Below, piece by piece: positions 47,080 through 57,927 of a DNA stretch of 64,000 bases. The stretch covers positions 29,945-93,944 of the forward strand of contig NZ_CAXULP010000006.1 in assembly GCF_964251945.1 (NCBI RefSeq). Direction: 5' to 3'. Within the stretch, counting starts at the first letter, position 1, and every line of letters starts with the position of its first letter. This DNA comes from an uncultured Jatrophihabitans sp. Lineage in GTDB: Bacteria; Actinomycetota; Actinomycetes; Mycobacteriales; Jatrophihabitantaceae. A model generated the notes under the pieces. That model made no database searches. It saw nothing but the letters and a program-made list of their open reading frames with translations, and was not told the DNA's origin. The position numbers and the translations under genes were made by a program.

Positions 47080-48669
47080 CTAGAGCGCCGGGGTCGCCGA
47101 GCCGAGCAGGCCGAAACGCACCGCGTCGTGCAGCGCGAGCCAGGACGCCTCGATGACGTTGCCGTGCACGCCGACCGTCGTCCACTCGCGCTCGCGGTCC
47201 GTCGTCTCGATCAACACCCTGGTGACCGCGTCGGTGCCGTGCCGGCCCGCCATGATCCGCACCTTGTAGTCGGTCAGCTCCATCTTCGCGAGCTGCGGAT
47301 ACGCGCCCTCGAGCGCGCGCCGCAGCGCGCGGTCCAGCGCGTTGACCGGGCCGTTGCCCTCTTCGGTCGAGATCACCCGGTGGCCGCCGGCGCGCAGCTT
47401 CACCGTCGCCTCGCTCACCAGGGCGCCGTCCTCGCGGCGGTCGATGATCACCCGGTAGGACTCGAGGTCGAACGGCGTGCTGACGGCCCCGGCCAACTCG
47501 TCGCGGACCAGCAGCTCGAACGACGCGTCCGCGGCCTCATACGACCAGCCCGCCGCCTCGCGCTCCTTGACCCGCTCGACGACCCGGCTGACGACGTCCG
47601 GGCGCGACGACACGTCGACGCCGAGCTCTTGGGATTTGAGCTCGACCGACGCGCGGCCGGCCATCTCGGTGACCAGGATGCGCTGGCCGTTGCCGACCAC
47701 GGATGGGTCGAGGTGGTTGTACAGCTCGGGCGACACCTTGATCGCGCTGGCATGCAGGCCGGCCTTGTGCGCGAACGCCGCCGCCCCGACGTAGGGCGCG
47801 TGGGTGTCGGGCGCCAGGTTCGCGATCTCGGCGATGGCGTGCGCGACGCGGACGAGCTCGGTGAGACAGCCGTCGGGCAGCACGTCGCGGCCCATCTTGG
47901 TGACCAGGCCGCCGATGACGGCGAAGATGTCGGCGTTGCCGGCGCGCTCGCCGTAGCCGTTCGCGGTGCCCTGCGCGTGAGTGGCGCCGGCGTCGACCGC
48001 GGCGAGGGTGTTGGCGACGGCGCAGCCGGTGTCGTCCTGGGTGTGGATGCCGAGCCGGATGTCCGCGCGGCGGGCGATGTCGGCGACGACGTCGTGCACG
48101 CCCATCGGCAGCATGCCGCCGTTGGTGTCGCACAGGACGCCGACGTCGGCGCCGGCCGCGGCTGCGGCATCGAGCACCCGCACGCCGTAGTCGGGGTCGT
48201 GCTTGTAACCGTCGAAGAAGTGCTCGCAGTCGAGGAACACCCGTCGGCCGTGCGCGCGCAGGAAGGCGACGGTGTCGCGCACCATGGCGAGGTTCTCCTC
48301 GAGCGTGGTGCGCAGGGCCCGCTCGACGTGCCACACGTCGGACTTCGCCACCAGGGTGACGACGGGCGCCTGCGAGTCGATCAGCGCGCGGACCTGCGTG
48401 TCGTCCTCGACCCGGACGCCGGCCTTGCGGGTCGCGCCGAACGCGACCAGCGTCGCGTGCCTCAGCGTCAACTCGCCGGCGGCCGCGCGGGCGAAGAACT
48501 CGGTGTCCTTCGGCATCGCCCCGGGCCAGCCGCCCTCGATGAAGCCGACGCCGATCTGGTCGAGCAGCCGCGCGACGGCGAGCTTGTCGGCCACCGAGTA
48601 GGTGATGCCCTCGCGCTGGGCGCCGTCGCGCAGCGTGGTGTCGAAGACGTGGAAGGCGTCGGTCTGCAT
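47080..48669 (-). CDS. cimA: Citramalate synthase
   Basis: DTTLRDGAQREG, EGGWPG, DCEHFFDG, NGYGER, HKAGLH and EGNGPVNALD motifs. Confidence 0.93.
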   Translation of the reverse strand: MQTDAFHVFDTTLRDGAQREGITYSVADKLAVARLLDQIGVGFIEGGWPGAMPKDTEFFARAAAGELTLRHATLVAFGATRKAGVRVEDDTQVRALIDSQAPVVTLVAKSDVWHVERALRTTLEENLAMVRDTVAFLRAHGRRVFLDCEHFFDGYKHDPDYGVRVLDAAAAAGADVGVLCDTNGGMLPMGVHDVVADIARRADIRLGIHTQDDTGCAVANTLAAVDAGATHAQGTANGYGERAGNADIFAVIGGLVTKMGRDVLPDGCLTELVRVAHAIAEIANLAPDTHAPYVGAAAFAHKAGLHASAIKVSPELYNHLDPSVVGNGQRILVTEMAGRASVELKSQELGVDVSSRPDVVSRVVERVKEREAAGWSYEAADASFELLVRDELAGAVSTPFDLESYRVIIDRREDGALVSEATVKLRAGGHRVISTEEGNGPVNALDRALRRALEGAYPQLAKMELTDYKVRIMAGRHGTDAVTRVLIETTDREREWTTVGVHGNVIEASWLALHDAVRFGLLGSATPAL

Positions 48670-48705
48670 GGCAAGTCCCTGTTTTCCTAGATATTCGAGA
48701 GCAAC

Positions 48706-48732
48706 AAAAAACCCCCCGCGGATGCGGAGGGT
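48706..48732 (-). terminator. Attenuator terminator upstream of cimA
   Basis: ACCCTCCGC-ATCC-GCGGGGGGT stem followed by a T run on the minus strand. Confidence 0.88.
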
Positions 48733-48754
48733 CGGCGCGTCGGTGAAGAACCTG

Positions 48755-48796
48755 CTACCGACGCGCTCCGATGATAATGATCGAGGTGGGGCGCAC
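48755..48796 (-). CDS. Ile-rich leader peptide MRPTSIIIIGARR (cimA attenuator)
   Basis: GTG CGC CCC ACC TCG ATC ATT ATC ATC GGA GCG CGT CGG TAG; the stop lies inside a GCGCGTCGGT/ACCGACGCGC hairpin before the terminator. Confidence 0.85.
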   Translation of the reverse strand: MRPTSIIIIGARR

Positions 48797-48825
48797 GTGC
48801 TCAGTCTGCCACAGCTGCGTCGAGC

Positions 48826-48899
48826 GCGTCAGTGGTCAGTTTGCGCGGTCAGTGGTCATCCGCACGTGACCACTGTCGGTCCTAACTGACCACTGACGT
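48826..48899. repeat. Nested (double-arm) inverted repeat, REP-like
   Basis: GTCAGTGGTCAGTT/AACTGACCACTGAC outer arms; CAGTGGTCA/TGACCACTG inner arms. Confidence 0.9.
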
Positions 48900-48937
48900 C
48901 GGCGAGCCAGGAGCCCGACCCCAACCTGCCGAGCCAC

Positions 48938-49960
48938 TCAGCCGGCGGCGGCCTTGGCGAGCCGCTCGCCGATCTCGCCGGTCGAACCCGGCTGACGCGG
49001 GTCGCGCGAGGCGAGATCTGCGGCGACGGCCGATTCCACGCGCTGCGCCGCGGCTGCCTCGCCCAGGTGCGCGAGCAGCATCGACACCGACAGCACCGCG
49101 GCGGTCGGATCGGCCTTGCCCTGCCCGGCGATGTCCGGCGCCGAGCCGTGCACCGGCTCGAACATCGACGGGTGCGCGTGGCTCAGGTCGAGGTTGCCGC
49201 TCGCCGCGAGGCCGATGCCGCCGGCGATCGCGGCGGCGAGGTCGGTGATGATGTCGCCGAACAGGTTGTCGGTGACGATCACGTCGTAGCGGGCCGGGTC
49301 GGTGACGAGATAGATCGTCGCGGCGTCGACGTGGTTGTAGGCGACGGTGACGTCGCCGAACTCCGTCGACACCTGCTGCACGGTGCGGAACCAGAGGTCG
49401 CCGGCGTTCACGAGCACGTTGTTCTTGTGCACGAGGGTGAGGTGCTTGCGCGGGCGGGCCTGCGCCCGGGCGAAGGCGTCGCGCACCACCCGCTCGACGC
49501 CGAAGGCGGTGTTGAGGCTGACCTCGGTGGCGATCTCGTGCGGGGTGCCCTTGCGAAGCACTCCCCCGTTTCCGGCGTATGGGCCCTCGGTGCCCTCGCG
49601 GACGACGACCAAGTCGATGGCCGGCTCGCCGGCCAGCGGCGTCCGCACGCCGGGGTACAGCTTGGCCGGGCGCAAGTTGACGTGGTGGTCGAGCGCGAAG
49701 CGCAGCTTCAGCAGCAGCCCGCGCTCGAGCACGCCGGACGGGACCGACGGGTCGCCCACCGCGCCGAGCAGGATCGCGTCATGCCCGCCGATCTCGTCGA
49801 GCACCGAGTCGGGCAGCACCTCGCCGGTGCGGTGCCAGCGCGCCGCGCCGAGGTCGTAGTGCGATGCGTCGACGCCGGGCAGGACCGCGTCGAGCACGCG
49901 CAGCGCCTGCTCGGTGACCTCGACGCCGATGCCGTCCCCGGGAATGACCGCCAGCCTCAT
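48938..49960 (-). CDS. leuB: 3-isopropylmalate dehydrogenase
   Basis: [23 protein letters not shown] and [13 protein letters not shown] motifs. Confidence 0.96.
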   Translation of the reverse strand: MRLAVIPGDGIGVEVTEQALRVLDAVLPGVDASHYDLGAARWHRTGEVLPDSVLDEIGGHDAILLGAVGDPSVPSGVLERGLLLKLRFALDHHVNLRPAKLYPGVRTPLAGEPAIDLVVVREGTEGPYAGNGGVLRKGTPHEIATEVSLNTAFGVERVVRDAFARAQARPRKHLTLVHKNNVLVNAGDLWFRTVQQVSTEFGDVTVAYNHVDAATIYLVTDPARYDVIVTDNLFGDIITDLAAAIAGGIGLAASGNLDLSHAHPSMFEPVHGSAPDIAGQGKADPTAAVLSVSMLLAHLGEAAAAQRVESAVAADLASRDPRQPGSTGEIGERLAKAAAG

Positions 49961-50055
49961 ACGGCGAACCCTATCGAGGCCACCCGTCGGCAAGTTGTCC
50001 GCGCTTCGGCGGCGGCCAGCCCGACGAAGCGAGGACAAGTCGCGTAAGGGCGGGG

Positions 50056-51114
<1,059 letters not shown>

Positions 51115-51639
51115 TTAGGCGCTGCGCTCGACCGAGCGCAACGCGGTCTGGGTCATCGATCGTGGGCCGCGGCCGAGCGCGACCATGCCGGACTGCACCA
51201 TCTCGCGGATGCCGTACGGCTCGAGCATCTTCAGCATCGCCTCCAGCTTGTCGGGCCGGCCGGTGAGTTCGACGGTCAGGGCTTCCGGGCCGACGTCGGC
51301 GATCTTCGCCTTGAACAGCTCGGCGATCTGCAGCACGTCGCGCCGGCTCGTCTCGTCGGCGCGGACCTTGACGAGCAACAGTTCTCGCTGGACTGCTTGC
51401 TTCTCCTCCAGCTCGACGATCTTCAGCACGTTGATGAGCTTGTTCAGCTGCTTGGTCACCTGCTCAAGCACCGCCCCCTCGACGCTGACCAGGATCGTGA
51501 TGCGCGAGACGTTGGCGTGCTCGGTCGGCCCGACGGCGAGGGACTCGATATTGAACCCGCGGCGGGCGAAGAGCCCGGCCACCCGGGTCAGGACACCGGG
51601 CTTGTTCTCCACCAGCACGGACAGCGTGTGGGTGCTCAT
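51115..51639 (-). CDS. ilvN: Acetolactate synthase small subunit
   Basis: LSVLVENKPGVL ACT domain; KQLNKLINV. Confidence 0.97.
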   Translation of the reverse strand: MSTHTLSVLVENKPGVLTRVAGLFARRGFNIESLAVGPTEHANVSRITILVSVEGAVLEQVTKQLNKLINVLKIVELEEKQAVQRELLLVKVRADETSRRDVLQIAELFKAKIADVGPEALTVELTGRPDKLEAMLKMLEPYGIREMVQSGMVALGRGPRSMTQTALRSVERSA

Positions 51640-51685
51640 CGGTCCTCGTTCCGGATGGTCGCGCCGCTGGGGGTCGGATCGATGC

Positions 51686-53482
51686 TCACTCGTCGCCGTC
51701 CCACACGGGGCGCATGTCGCGCGCGGCCTGGATGTCGTCGTTGCTCGCGCCCGCGGCGACCATCGGCCACACCATGGCGTCCTTGCCGACGGTGAAGTCG
51801 ACGACGACCGGCTGGTCGTCGATCGCCATCGCCTTCTCGATCGTCGCGTCGACTTCGGACGTGGTCTCGCAGCGCAGCCCGATGCAGCCCAGCGCGTCGG
51901 CGAGCTTCACGAAGTCGGGGATGCGCTTGGTCTTGCGGCCGGTCGAGCTCTCGGATCCGTGGGTGCCGAGTTCGGTCTGGCTGTACCGCTCGTTGTAGAA
52001 CAGCGTCTGCCACTGCCGCACCATGCCGAGGTTGCCGTTGTTGATCACGGCCACCTTGATCGGAATGCCCTCGATGGCGCAGGTGGCGAGTTCCTGATTG
52101 GTCATCTGGAAGCAGCCGTCGCCGTCGATCGCCCAGACGAGCTTGTCCGGGCAGCCGACCTTCGCGCCCATCGCGGCCGGCACCGCGTAGCCCATCGTGC
52201 CGGCGCCGCCGGAGTTGAGCCAGGTATAGGGGTGCTCGTACTTGATGAACTGCGCGGCCCACATCTGATGCTGGCCGACACCGGCCGCGTACACCGCCTC
52301 CGGCCCGGCGATCTCGCCGATCCGCTCGATCACGTACTGCGGCGCGAGCGCGCCGTCGGCCGGGTCGTCGTAGCCGCGCGGGTAGGTCTCGCGCAGCCGG
52401 TCGAGCTGGCGCCACCAACCGGTGAGGTCGGCCCGGCGATCGGCGGCGTACTCCGTCTCGATCGCCGGGATCAGCTCGAGCAAGACCTCGCGGACGTCGC
52501 CGACGATCGGGACGTCTGCCACCCGGTTCTTGCCGATCTCGGCCGGATCGATATCGGCGTGGATGACGGCCGCGTGCGGCGCGAAGCTGTCGAGCCGGCC
52601 GGTCACGCGGTCGTCGAAGCGGGTGCCGAGCGCGATGAGCAGGTCGGCCTTCTGCAGCGACGTGACCGCGGCGACCGAGCCGTGCATGCCGGGCATGCCG
52701 AGGTGCTGGCGGTGGCTGTCCGGGAAGGCGCCCCGGGCCATCAGCGTGGTGACGACCGGAATGCCGGTGATGTCCGCGAGCTGACGCAGCTGCTCGGTCG
52801 CGCGGCCCTTGAGCACGCCGCCGCCGACGTAGAGCACCGGCCGTCGCGCGGCGGCGATGAGCTTGGCGGCCTCGCGGATCTGCTTGCCGTGCGGGCGCAG
52901 CACGGGACGGTAGCCGGGCAGGTCGAGCCGCGGCGGCCAGCTGAATGACGTCGGCTCCTGCAGCACGTCCTTGGGCAGGTCGACGAGGACGGGACCAGGG
53001 CGGCCCGTCGCGGCGAGGTGGAAGGCCTCGGCGATCGCCTGGGCGATGTCCTCGCCGCGCTGCACCAGGAAGTTGTGCTTCGTGATCGGCAGCGTGATCC
53101 CGGAGATGTCGGCCTCCTGGAACGCGTCGGTCCCGATCATCGGACGGCCGACCTGGCCGGTGATCGCCACCATCGGCACCGAGTCCATATAGGCGTCGGC
53201 GATCGGCGTGACGAGATTCGTCGCGCCCGGCCCGGATGTCGCCATGCAGACGCCGACCTTGCCGCTCGCCTGCGCGTATCCCTCAGCGGCGTGTCCCGCG
53301 CCCTGCTCGTGGCGGACGAGGATGTGCCGGACCTTCGTGGAGTCGTAGAGCGGGTCGTACGCCGGCAGGATGGCCCCGCCCGGAATGCCGAACACGACGT
53401 CGGCGCCGACCTCCTCAAGCGACCGGACCAGCGCCTGAGCGCCGGTCATCGTCTCGCTGTGGGGGGTGGGGGTGTCGGCCAT
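51686..53482 (-). CDS. ilvB: Acetolactate synthase large subunit
   Basis: [16 protein letters not shown] and GDGCFQM...NN TPP motif. Confidence 0.97.
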   Translation of the reverse strand: MADTPTPHSETMTGAQALVRSLEEVGADVVFGIPGGAILPAYDPLYDSTKVRHILVRHEQGAGHAAEGYAQASGKVGVCMATSGPGATNLVTPIADAYMDSVPMVAITGQVGRPMIGTDAFQEADISGITLPITKHNFLVQRGEDIAQAIAEAFHLAATGRPGPVLVDLPKDVLQEPTSFSWPPRLDLPGYRPVLRPHGKQIREAAKLIAAARRPVLYVGGGVLKGRATEQLRQLADITGIPVVTTLMARGAFPDSHRQHLGMPGMHGSVAAVTSLQKADLLIALGTRFDDRVTGRLDSFAPHAAVIHADIDPAEIGKNRVADVPIVGDVREVLLELIPAIETEYAADRRADLTGWWRQLDRLRETYPRGYDDPADGALAPQYVIERIGEIAGPEAVYAAGVGQHQMWAAQFIKYEHPYTWLNSGGAGTMGYAVPAAMGAKVGCPDKLVWAIDGDGCFQMTNQELATCAIEGIPIKVAVINNGNLGMVRQWQTLFYNERYSQTELGTHGSESSTGRKTKRIPDFVKLADALGCIGLRCETTSEVDATIEKAMAIDDQPVVVDFTVGKDAMVWPMVAAGASNDDIQAARDMRPVWDGDE

Positions 53483-53547
53483 GGTCGATCGCTTTCTTCC
53501 GGTCCTACGTCGGGTTTGGCTGCCGAGTGCTGCCTCGTGACTGCAAC

Positions 53548-53580
53548 AAAAAACCCCCCGTGCCAATGCACGAAGGGGTT
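53548..53580 (-). terminator. Attenuator terminator upstream of ilvB
   Basis: AACCCCTTCGTGCA-TTG-GCACGGGGGGTT stem with a T run. Confidence 0.88.
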
Positions 53581-53605
53581 GCGCGCCGCGAGGTGTGGTG
53601 CTTGC

Positions 53606-53644
53606 CTACGCGGCGCGCTCGATAACGAGTACGAGTCGACGCAC
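53606..53644 (-). CDS. Branched-chain leader peptide MRRLVLVIERAA (ilvB attenuator)
   Basis: Leu-Val-Leu-Val-Ile codons; TAGTGT -10 hexamer 6 nt before GTG; GCGCGCCGCG/CGCGGCGCGC hairpin spans the stop. Confidence 0.88.
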   Translation of the reverse strand: MRRLVLVIERAA

Positions 53645-53715
53645 GCGCCGACACTACCGCTCCCGACCCGCGCGGGACAACCACTGAACGGCGCGACGTC
53701 CACCTGGCGACGACC

Positions 53716-53748
53716 GGACGACCCCGGGACCACCCCGGGACCACCCCG
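53716..53748. repeat. 11-bp tandem repeat GGACSACCCCG x3
   Basis: Units at 53716, 53727 and 53738 in the divergent intergenic region. Confidence 0.85.
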
Positions 53749-53969
53749 GGGACGACGAGCCGCCGGCCTCGGTCGGCCGGGACCGCGCTAGCCCTTGTGT
53801 GGTTCTCGTAAAAACTTAGTCACTGCAAGTGAGGGACCTTTGGCCCTTGGGTAAACCCTGATTACCAGGAACCGCCCGGGGGGGATGGGGTTCTGGCAGT
53901 CGCCGAACAGGCGGCATCGCACGTCTGGCGGGGGTCGTCCTAGACCGCACCTCGACCAGGAGTGCCCCC

Positions 53970-54578
53970 ATGAACACGCTCACCGCGCCCCGCTGCACGC
54001 TCCGGCTCACCGCGCTTGCCGGCGCCCGCCTGGGCCGCCGACTGGCCGCCCTGACCGCCGTGCTCGCCTCGCTGGCCGCCTTCGCCCTCGTCCTCATCGG
54101 CGGCACCACCAGCGCCGACGCCGCCACCCACACACCGGCCCTGCGCCACGCCCGCACCCACTACGAAGCCTCGATCGCCGTCGCGGTCCAGCGCGCCCTG
54201 AACGCCGAGCGCCGCGCCCACCACCTCGCCCCGCTCACGATGAGCAGCAAACTCAAGCACTCCGCCCGAGTGCACAACCTGCGGATGGCCCAGGCCAACA
54301 CCCTGTCCCACCAACTGCCGCACGAGGCGTTCTTCGCCAACCGGATCACCAAAGCCGGCTACCACTGGACCTACGCCGGAGAGAACATCGCCTGGAACTC
54401 CCGCATCTCCACCGCCGCCGTCCTCCAACTCGAAACGATCATGTACAACGAGCGCCCGCCGATGAACGACCACCGCCAAAACATCCTCAGCCGGAACTAC
54501 CGCAACGTCGGCATCGACGTCTTCATCGACCGCATCCACCACAAAGTCTGGCTCACCACCGACTTCGGCCACCGCTAA
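53970..54578 (+). CDS. Secreted CAP (SCP) domain protein
   Basis: NAERRAHHLAPL, LSH, AGENIA and HRQNIL...VGI motifs; signal peptide. Confidence 0.9.
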   Translation: MNTLTAPRCTLRLTALAGARLGRRLAALTAVLASLAAFALVLIGGTTSADAATHTPALRHARTHYEASIAVAVQRALNAERRAHHLAPLTMSSKLKHSARVHNLRMAQANTLSHQLPHEAFFANRITKAGYHWTYAGENIAWNSRISTAAVLQLETIMYNERPPMNDHRQNILSRNYRNVGIDVFIDRIHHKVWLTTDFGHR

Positions 54579-54698
54579 ACCCACACCGCCACGCGGGGAA
54601 GCGAGCGGAGCCACCCACACCCGGGCGGCCCCGCTCGCGGCATTTAAGCCCGCGGTCGGACTAGCTACACAGAGTGACCGTTCGCCGTGAAGCGCGGT

Positions 54699-56402
54699 CT
54701 AGTCGCACACGGCGCCGTGCGCCGCGGAACCGACGAGCTTGGCGTACTTGCGAAGCACGCCGAAGTCGAACTGCGGCTCGATCGGCTTCCAATTCGCCCG
54801 TCGCCGTTCGAGCTCGGCGTCGTCGACGAGCAGGTCGAGGGTCCGCGTGGCCATGTCGAGAAGGATCCGGTCGCCGTCCTCGACGAACGCGATCGGCCCG
54901 CTCATCGCGGCTTCCGGCGCGATGTGGCCGATGCACAACCCGGTGGTGCCGCCGGAGAACCGGCCGTCGGTGAGCAGCAGGACGTCCTTGCCGAGCCCGG
55001 CGCCCTTGATCGCGCCGGTGATCTGCAACATCTCGCGCATGCCCGGGCCGCCCTTGGGCCCTTCCCAGCGGATGACGACGACGTCGCCGGACTGCAGACG
55101 GCCCGCAGCGAGCGCTTCCATGGCCGCCTGCTCGCGGTCGAACACCCGCGCGACCCCGTCGAAGCTGTCGGCGTCGAACCCGGCGCTCTTCACGACGGCG
55201 CCGTCCGGCGCGAGCGAGCCGCGCAAGATCGTCAGTCCGCCGGTGCGATGGATCGGGTCGCTCATCGCATGGATGATCTTGCCGTCCGGGTCCGGCGGGG
55301 CGATGTCCCGCAGGTTCTCGGCCACCGTTTTCCCGGTCACGGTGAGCGCCTCGCCGTGCAGCAGACCGGCGTCCAGCAGCGCCTTCATCACGACCGGGAC
55401 GCCGCCGATGGCGTCGACGTCGGTCATGACGTATTCGCCGAAGGGTTTGACGTCGGCGAGATGCGGCACCTTGTCGCCGATCCGGTTGAAGTCGTCGAGG
55501 GTGAGGTCGACCTTCGCCTCGCGGGCGATGGCCAGCAGGTGCAGCACGGCGTTCGTGGAGCCGCCGAGCGCCATCACGACGGTGATCGCGTTCTCGAAGG
55601 CGTGTTTGGTCATGATCGTGCGGGCGGTGACGCCGGCGTCCACGAGGTGCACGGCGGCCTCGCCGGACCGCACCGCGTAGACGTCGCGGCGGGCGTCCGG
55701 CGCCGGCGGCGCGGCGCTGCCGGGCAGGGACATGCCCATGGCCTCGGCCGCGGACGCCATTGTGTTGGCGGTGTACATGCCGCCGCAGGCGCCTTCGCCG
55801 GGACAGATCGCGCGCTCGACGGCGTCGACCTCTTCCCGGGTGATACGCCCGGCGAGGCACGCGCCCACCGCCTCGAACGCGTCGATGATCGTGACGGTGC
55901 GGTCGCCGAGCTTGCCGGGCAGGGTGGAGCCCGCATACAGGAACACCGCGGCGACGTCGAGTCGCGCGGCGGCCATCAGCATCCCGGGCAACGACTTGTC
56001 GCAGCCGGCGAGCAGCACCCCGCCGTCGAGCTGCTCGGCCCGGAACACCGTCTCGACCGAGTCGGCGATCACCTCGCGGGACACCAGCGAGTAGTGCATG
56101 CCGCTGTGGCCCATCGAGATGCCGTCGGACACCGAGATCGTGCCGAACTCCAGCGGGAACCCGTCCGCGCCCTTGACGCCGACCTTCGCCTGCTTCGCGA
56201 GCCGGTCGAGCGACAAGTTGCACGGCGTGATCTCGTTCCACGACGAGGCGACGCCGATCTGCGGCTTTCGCCAGTCGTCGTCGCCCATGCCCACCGCGCG
56301 GAGCATGCCGCGGGCGGCGGCGCGCTCGATGCCGTCGGTGACGACGGCGCTGTGCGGCTTTCGGTGGGCGGGCCGGGCAGGGCCGGTCTCCTCGCTGGTC
56401 AC
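54699..56402 (-). CDS. ilvD: Dihydroxy-acid dehydratase
   Basis: [33 protein letters not shown] and TDGRFSGG motifs. Confidence 0.97.
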   Translation of the reverse strand: MTSEETGPARPAHRKPHSAVVTDGIERAAARGMLRAVGMGDDDWRKPQIGVASSWNEITPCNLSLDRLAKQAKVGVKGADGFPLEFGTISVSDGISMGHSGMHYSLVSREVIADSVETVFRAEQLDGGVLLAGCDKSLPGMLMAAARLDVAAVFLYAGSTLPGKLGDRTVTIIDAFEAVGACLAGRITREEVDAVERAICPGEGACGGMYTANTMASAAEAMGMSLPGSAAPPAPDARRDVYAVRSGEAAVHLVDAGVTARTIMTKHAFENAITVVMALGGSTNAVLHLLAIAREAKVDLTLDDFNRIGDKVPHLADVKPFGEYVMTDVDAIGGVPVVMKALLDAGLLHGEALTVTGKTVAENLRDIAPPDPDGKIIHAMSDPIHRTGGLTILRGSLAPDGAVVKSAGFDADSFDGVARVFDREQAAMEALAAGRLQSGDVVVIRWEGPKGGPGMREMLQITGAIKGAGLGKDVLLLTDGRFSGGTTGLCIGHIAPEAAMSGPIAFVEDGDRILLDMATRTLDLLVDDAELERRRANWKPIEPQFDFGVLRKYAKLVGSAAHGAVCD

Positions 56403-56432
56403 CGGCCAAACGATACGGGTTACCGTGCAGAC

Positions 56433-56906
56433 GTGAGCTCGGCCTCGGACGCGACTGCGCGCGCATTCCGGTTGTCGCCGGCGGCATACCTGGTGGTGCT
56501 GTTCCTGCTGTTCGGCTCGGCGCCGATCGCCTTCTCGAACCTCGACCTGACGACGAACAACGGCGGCAACGACAACGGCGACCCGCTGCCGGTCGGCTGG
56601 CAGACGCTCGTGCTGCTGGCGCCGATCGCGGCCGCGGTGTTCATCGCCCGGACGGCCACCTTCGCCGACTCGACCGGGTTGCGGGTGCGGGCCGCGTTCG
56701 GTTCCCGGCGGCTGCCGTGGGACGACATTCGCGGGCTGTTTGTGCGCGGCCGCAGCGTGTACGCGGTGAGCGACGGCGGCGCGCTGCGGCTGCCCTGCGT
56801 GCACGTCACCGAGCTCGGCGCGCTGTCGCGGACCAGCGGCGGGCGGCTGCCCGAGCTCGCCGACCCGAAGCCGAAGCACGCTCCGCAGCGCCGCCGGCGG
56901 CGCTGA
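56433..56906 (+). CDS. Bacterial PH-domain membrane protein (Cfp6-like)
   Basis: Two TM segments then [21 protein letters not shown]; TACCGT hexamer 6 nt before GTG. Confidence 0.8.
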   Translation: MSSASDATARAFRLSPAAYLVVLFLLFGSAPIAFSNLDLTTNNGGNDNGDPLPVGWQTLVLLAPIAAAVFIARTATFADSTGLRVRAAFGSRRLPWDDIRGLFVRGRSVYAVSDGGALRLPCVHVTELGALSRTSGGRLPELADPKPKHAPQRRRRR

Positions 56907-56954
56907 GCACGCCGGGGTGACGTCGGGCCGACCCGGCCGCGAGCGGCACAGCCG

Positions 56955-57863
56955 TCAGTACCCGTCGACCTCGTTGAGCAGCGGCTCCCCCGCCGCGTAG
57001 CGGCGGATCTGCTCGCGGACGAGTCGGTAGACCCGACGCTCGCGGGCGGTCGTCGCGCCGCCGATGTGCGGCGTCACCATTAGGTTGGGCGCCGTCCACA
57101 GGGGATGGTCCGCGGGCAGCGGCTCGGGGTCGGTGACGTCGAGGAAGGCGCGCAACCGGCCGCTCGTCAGCTCGGCGAGCAGCGCGTCGGTGTCGACGAT
57201 GCCGCCGCGCGACACGTTGACGACCAGCGCGCCGTCGGGCAGCGCGGCCAGGAAGCCGGCGTCGACCAAATGATCGCTCTCCGGCGTGTGCGGCAGCGAG
57301 AGCACCACGACCTGCGCCTCCGGCAGCAGGGCGGGGAGGTCGGCGAGTTCGCGCACGCCGGCACGCCCGTGCCGGGCCACCAGCGTCACCTCGGCGTCGA
57401 AGGCGCGCATCGCCACGGCGACCCGCTCGCCGATGTCGCCGGCGCCGAGGACGAGCACCTTCCGATCGGCCAGCGTGTCCGCGTCGGAGCGCTGCCACTG
57501 CCTCGCCGCCTGCGCCTGCACGAGCTCGGGAAACCTGCGCAGTACGGCGATCGCGCCGGCGACGGCGACTTCGGCCGTCGACGGGCCGTGCGCGCCGCGC
57601 GCGCTGCACAGCCGCACGCCGTCCGGCACCAAGGGCAGCCAGGCGTCGACGCCCGCTGACGGGGATTGGACGACTTGCAGCGCGGCGAGGGCGGCCAAGG
57701 CCTCCCGCGGCGGCGGCATGAGGTCGTCCCGGCCGATGAGGAACTCGATCTCGTCAGCCCGCCTCGGCGCCTCGCCCGAGCCGTTCCAGACGATCAGCTC
57801 GACACCGTCCGGCGGATCGCCGAGCAGCTTGCGTCCAGACTCGGAGGGAACGCAGATCAGCAC
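56955..57863 (-). CDS. D-2-hydroxyacid dehydrogenase
   Basis: GAGDIG, VNVSRG, LDVTDPEPLP and TPHIGG motifs. Confidence 0.93.
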   Translation of the reverse strand: MLICVPSESGRKLLGDPPDGVELIVWNGSGEAPRRADEIEFLIGRDDLMPPPREALAALAALQVVQSPSAGVDAWLPLVPDGVRLCSARGAHGPSTAEVAVAGAIAVLRRFPELVQAQAARQWQRSDADTLADRKVLVLGAGDIGERVAVAMRAFDAEVTLVARHGRAGVRELADLPALLPEAQVVVLSLPHTPESDHLVDAGFLAALPDGALVVNVSRGGIVDTDALLAELTSGRLRAFLDVTDPEPLPADHPLWTAPNLMVTPHIGGATTARERRVYRLVREQIRRYAAGEPLLNEVDGY

Positions 57864-57927
57864 GCCTTGAGCCTAACGACCAGGATGTGTCGACTCGACG
57901 CCTCCGAGTGGAACGCGTCCGTCTCGA

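Noticed and set aside
53812-53969. c-di-AMP (ydaO) riboswitch before the CAP gene
   Set aside because: The conserved GCCGAATCC and CCCGTCAGCTAAC segments are absent. Kept only as an unassigned structured leader.
54687-56432. Long plus-strand ORF antisense to ilvD, and similar long antisense ORFs over cimA, ilvB, gltX and the acyl-CoA dehydrogenase
   Set aside because: Shadow ORFs caused by high-GC codon bias. Only the 3' part from 56433 is a real gene (PH-domain protein).
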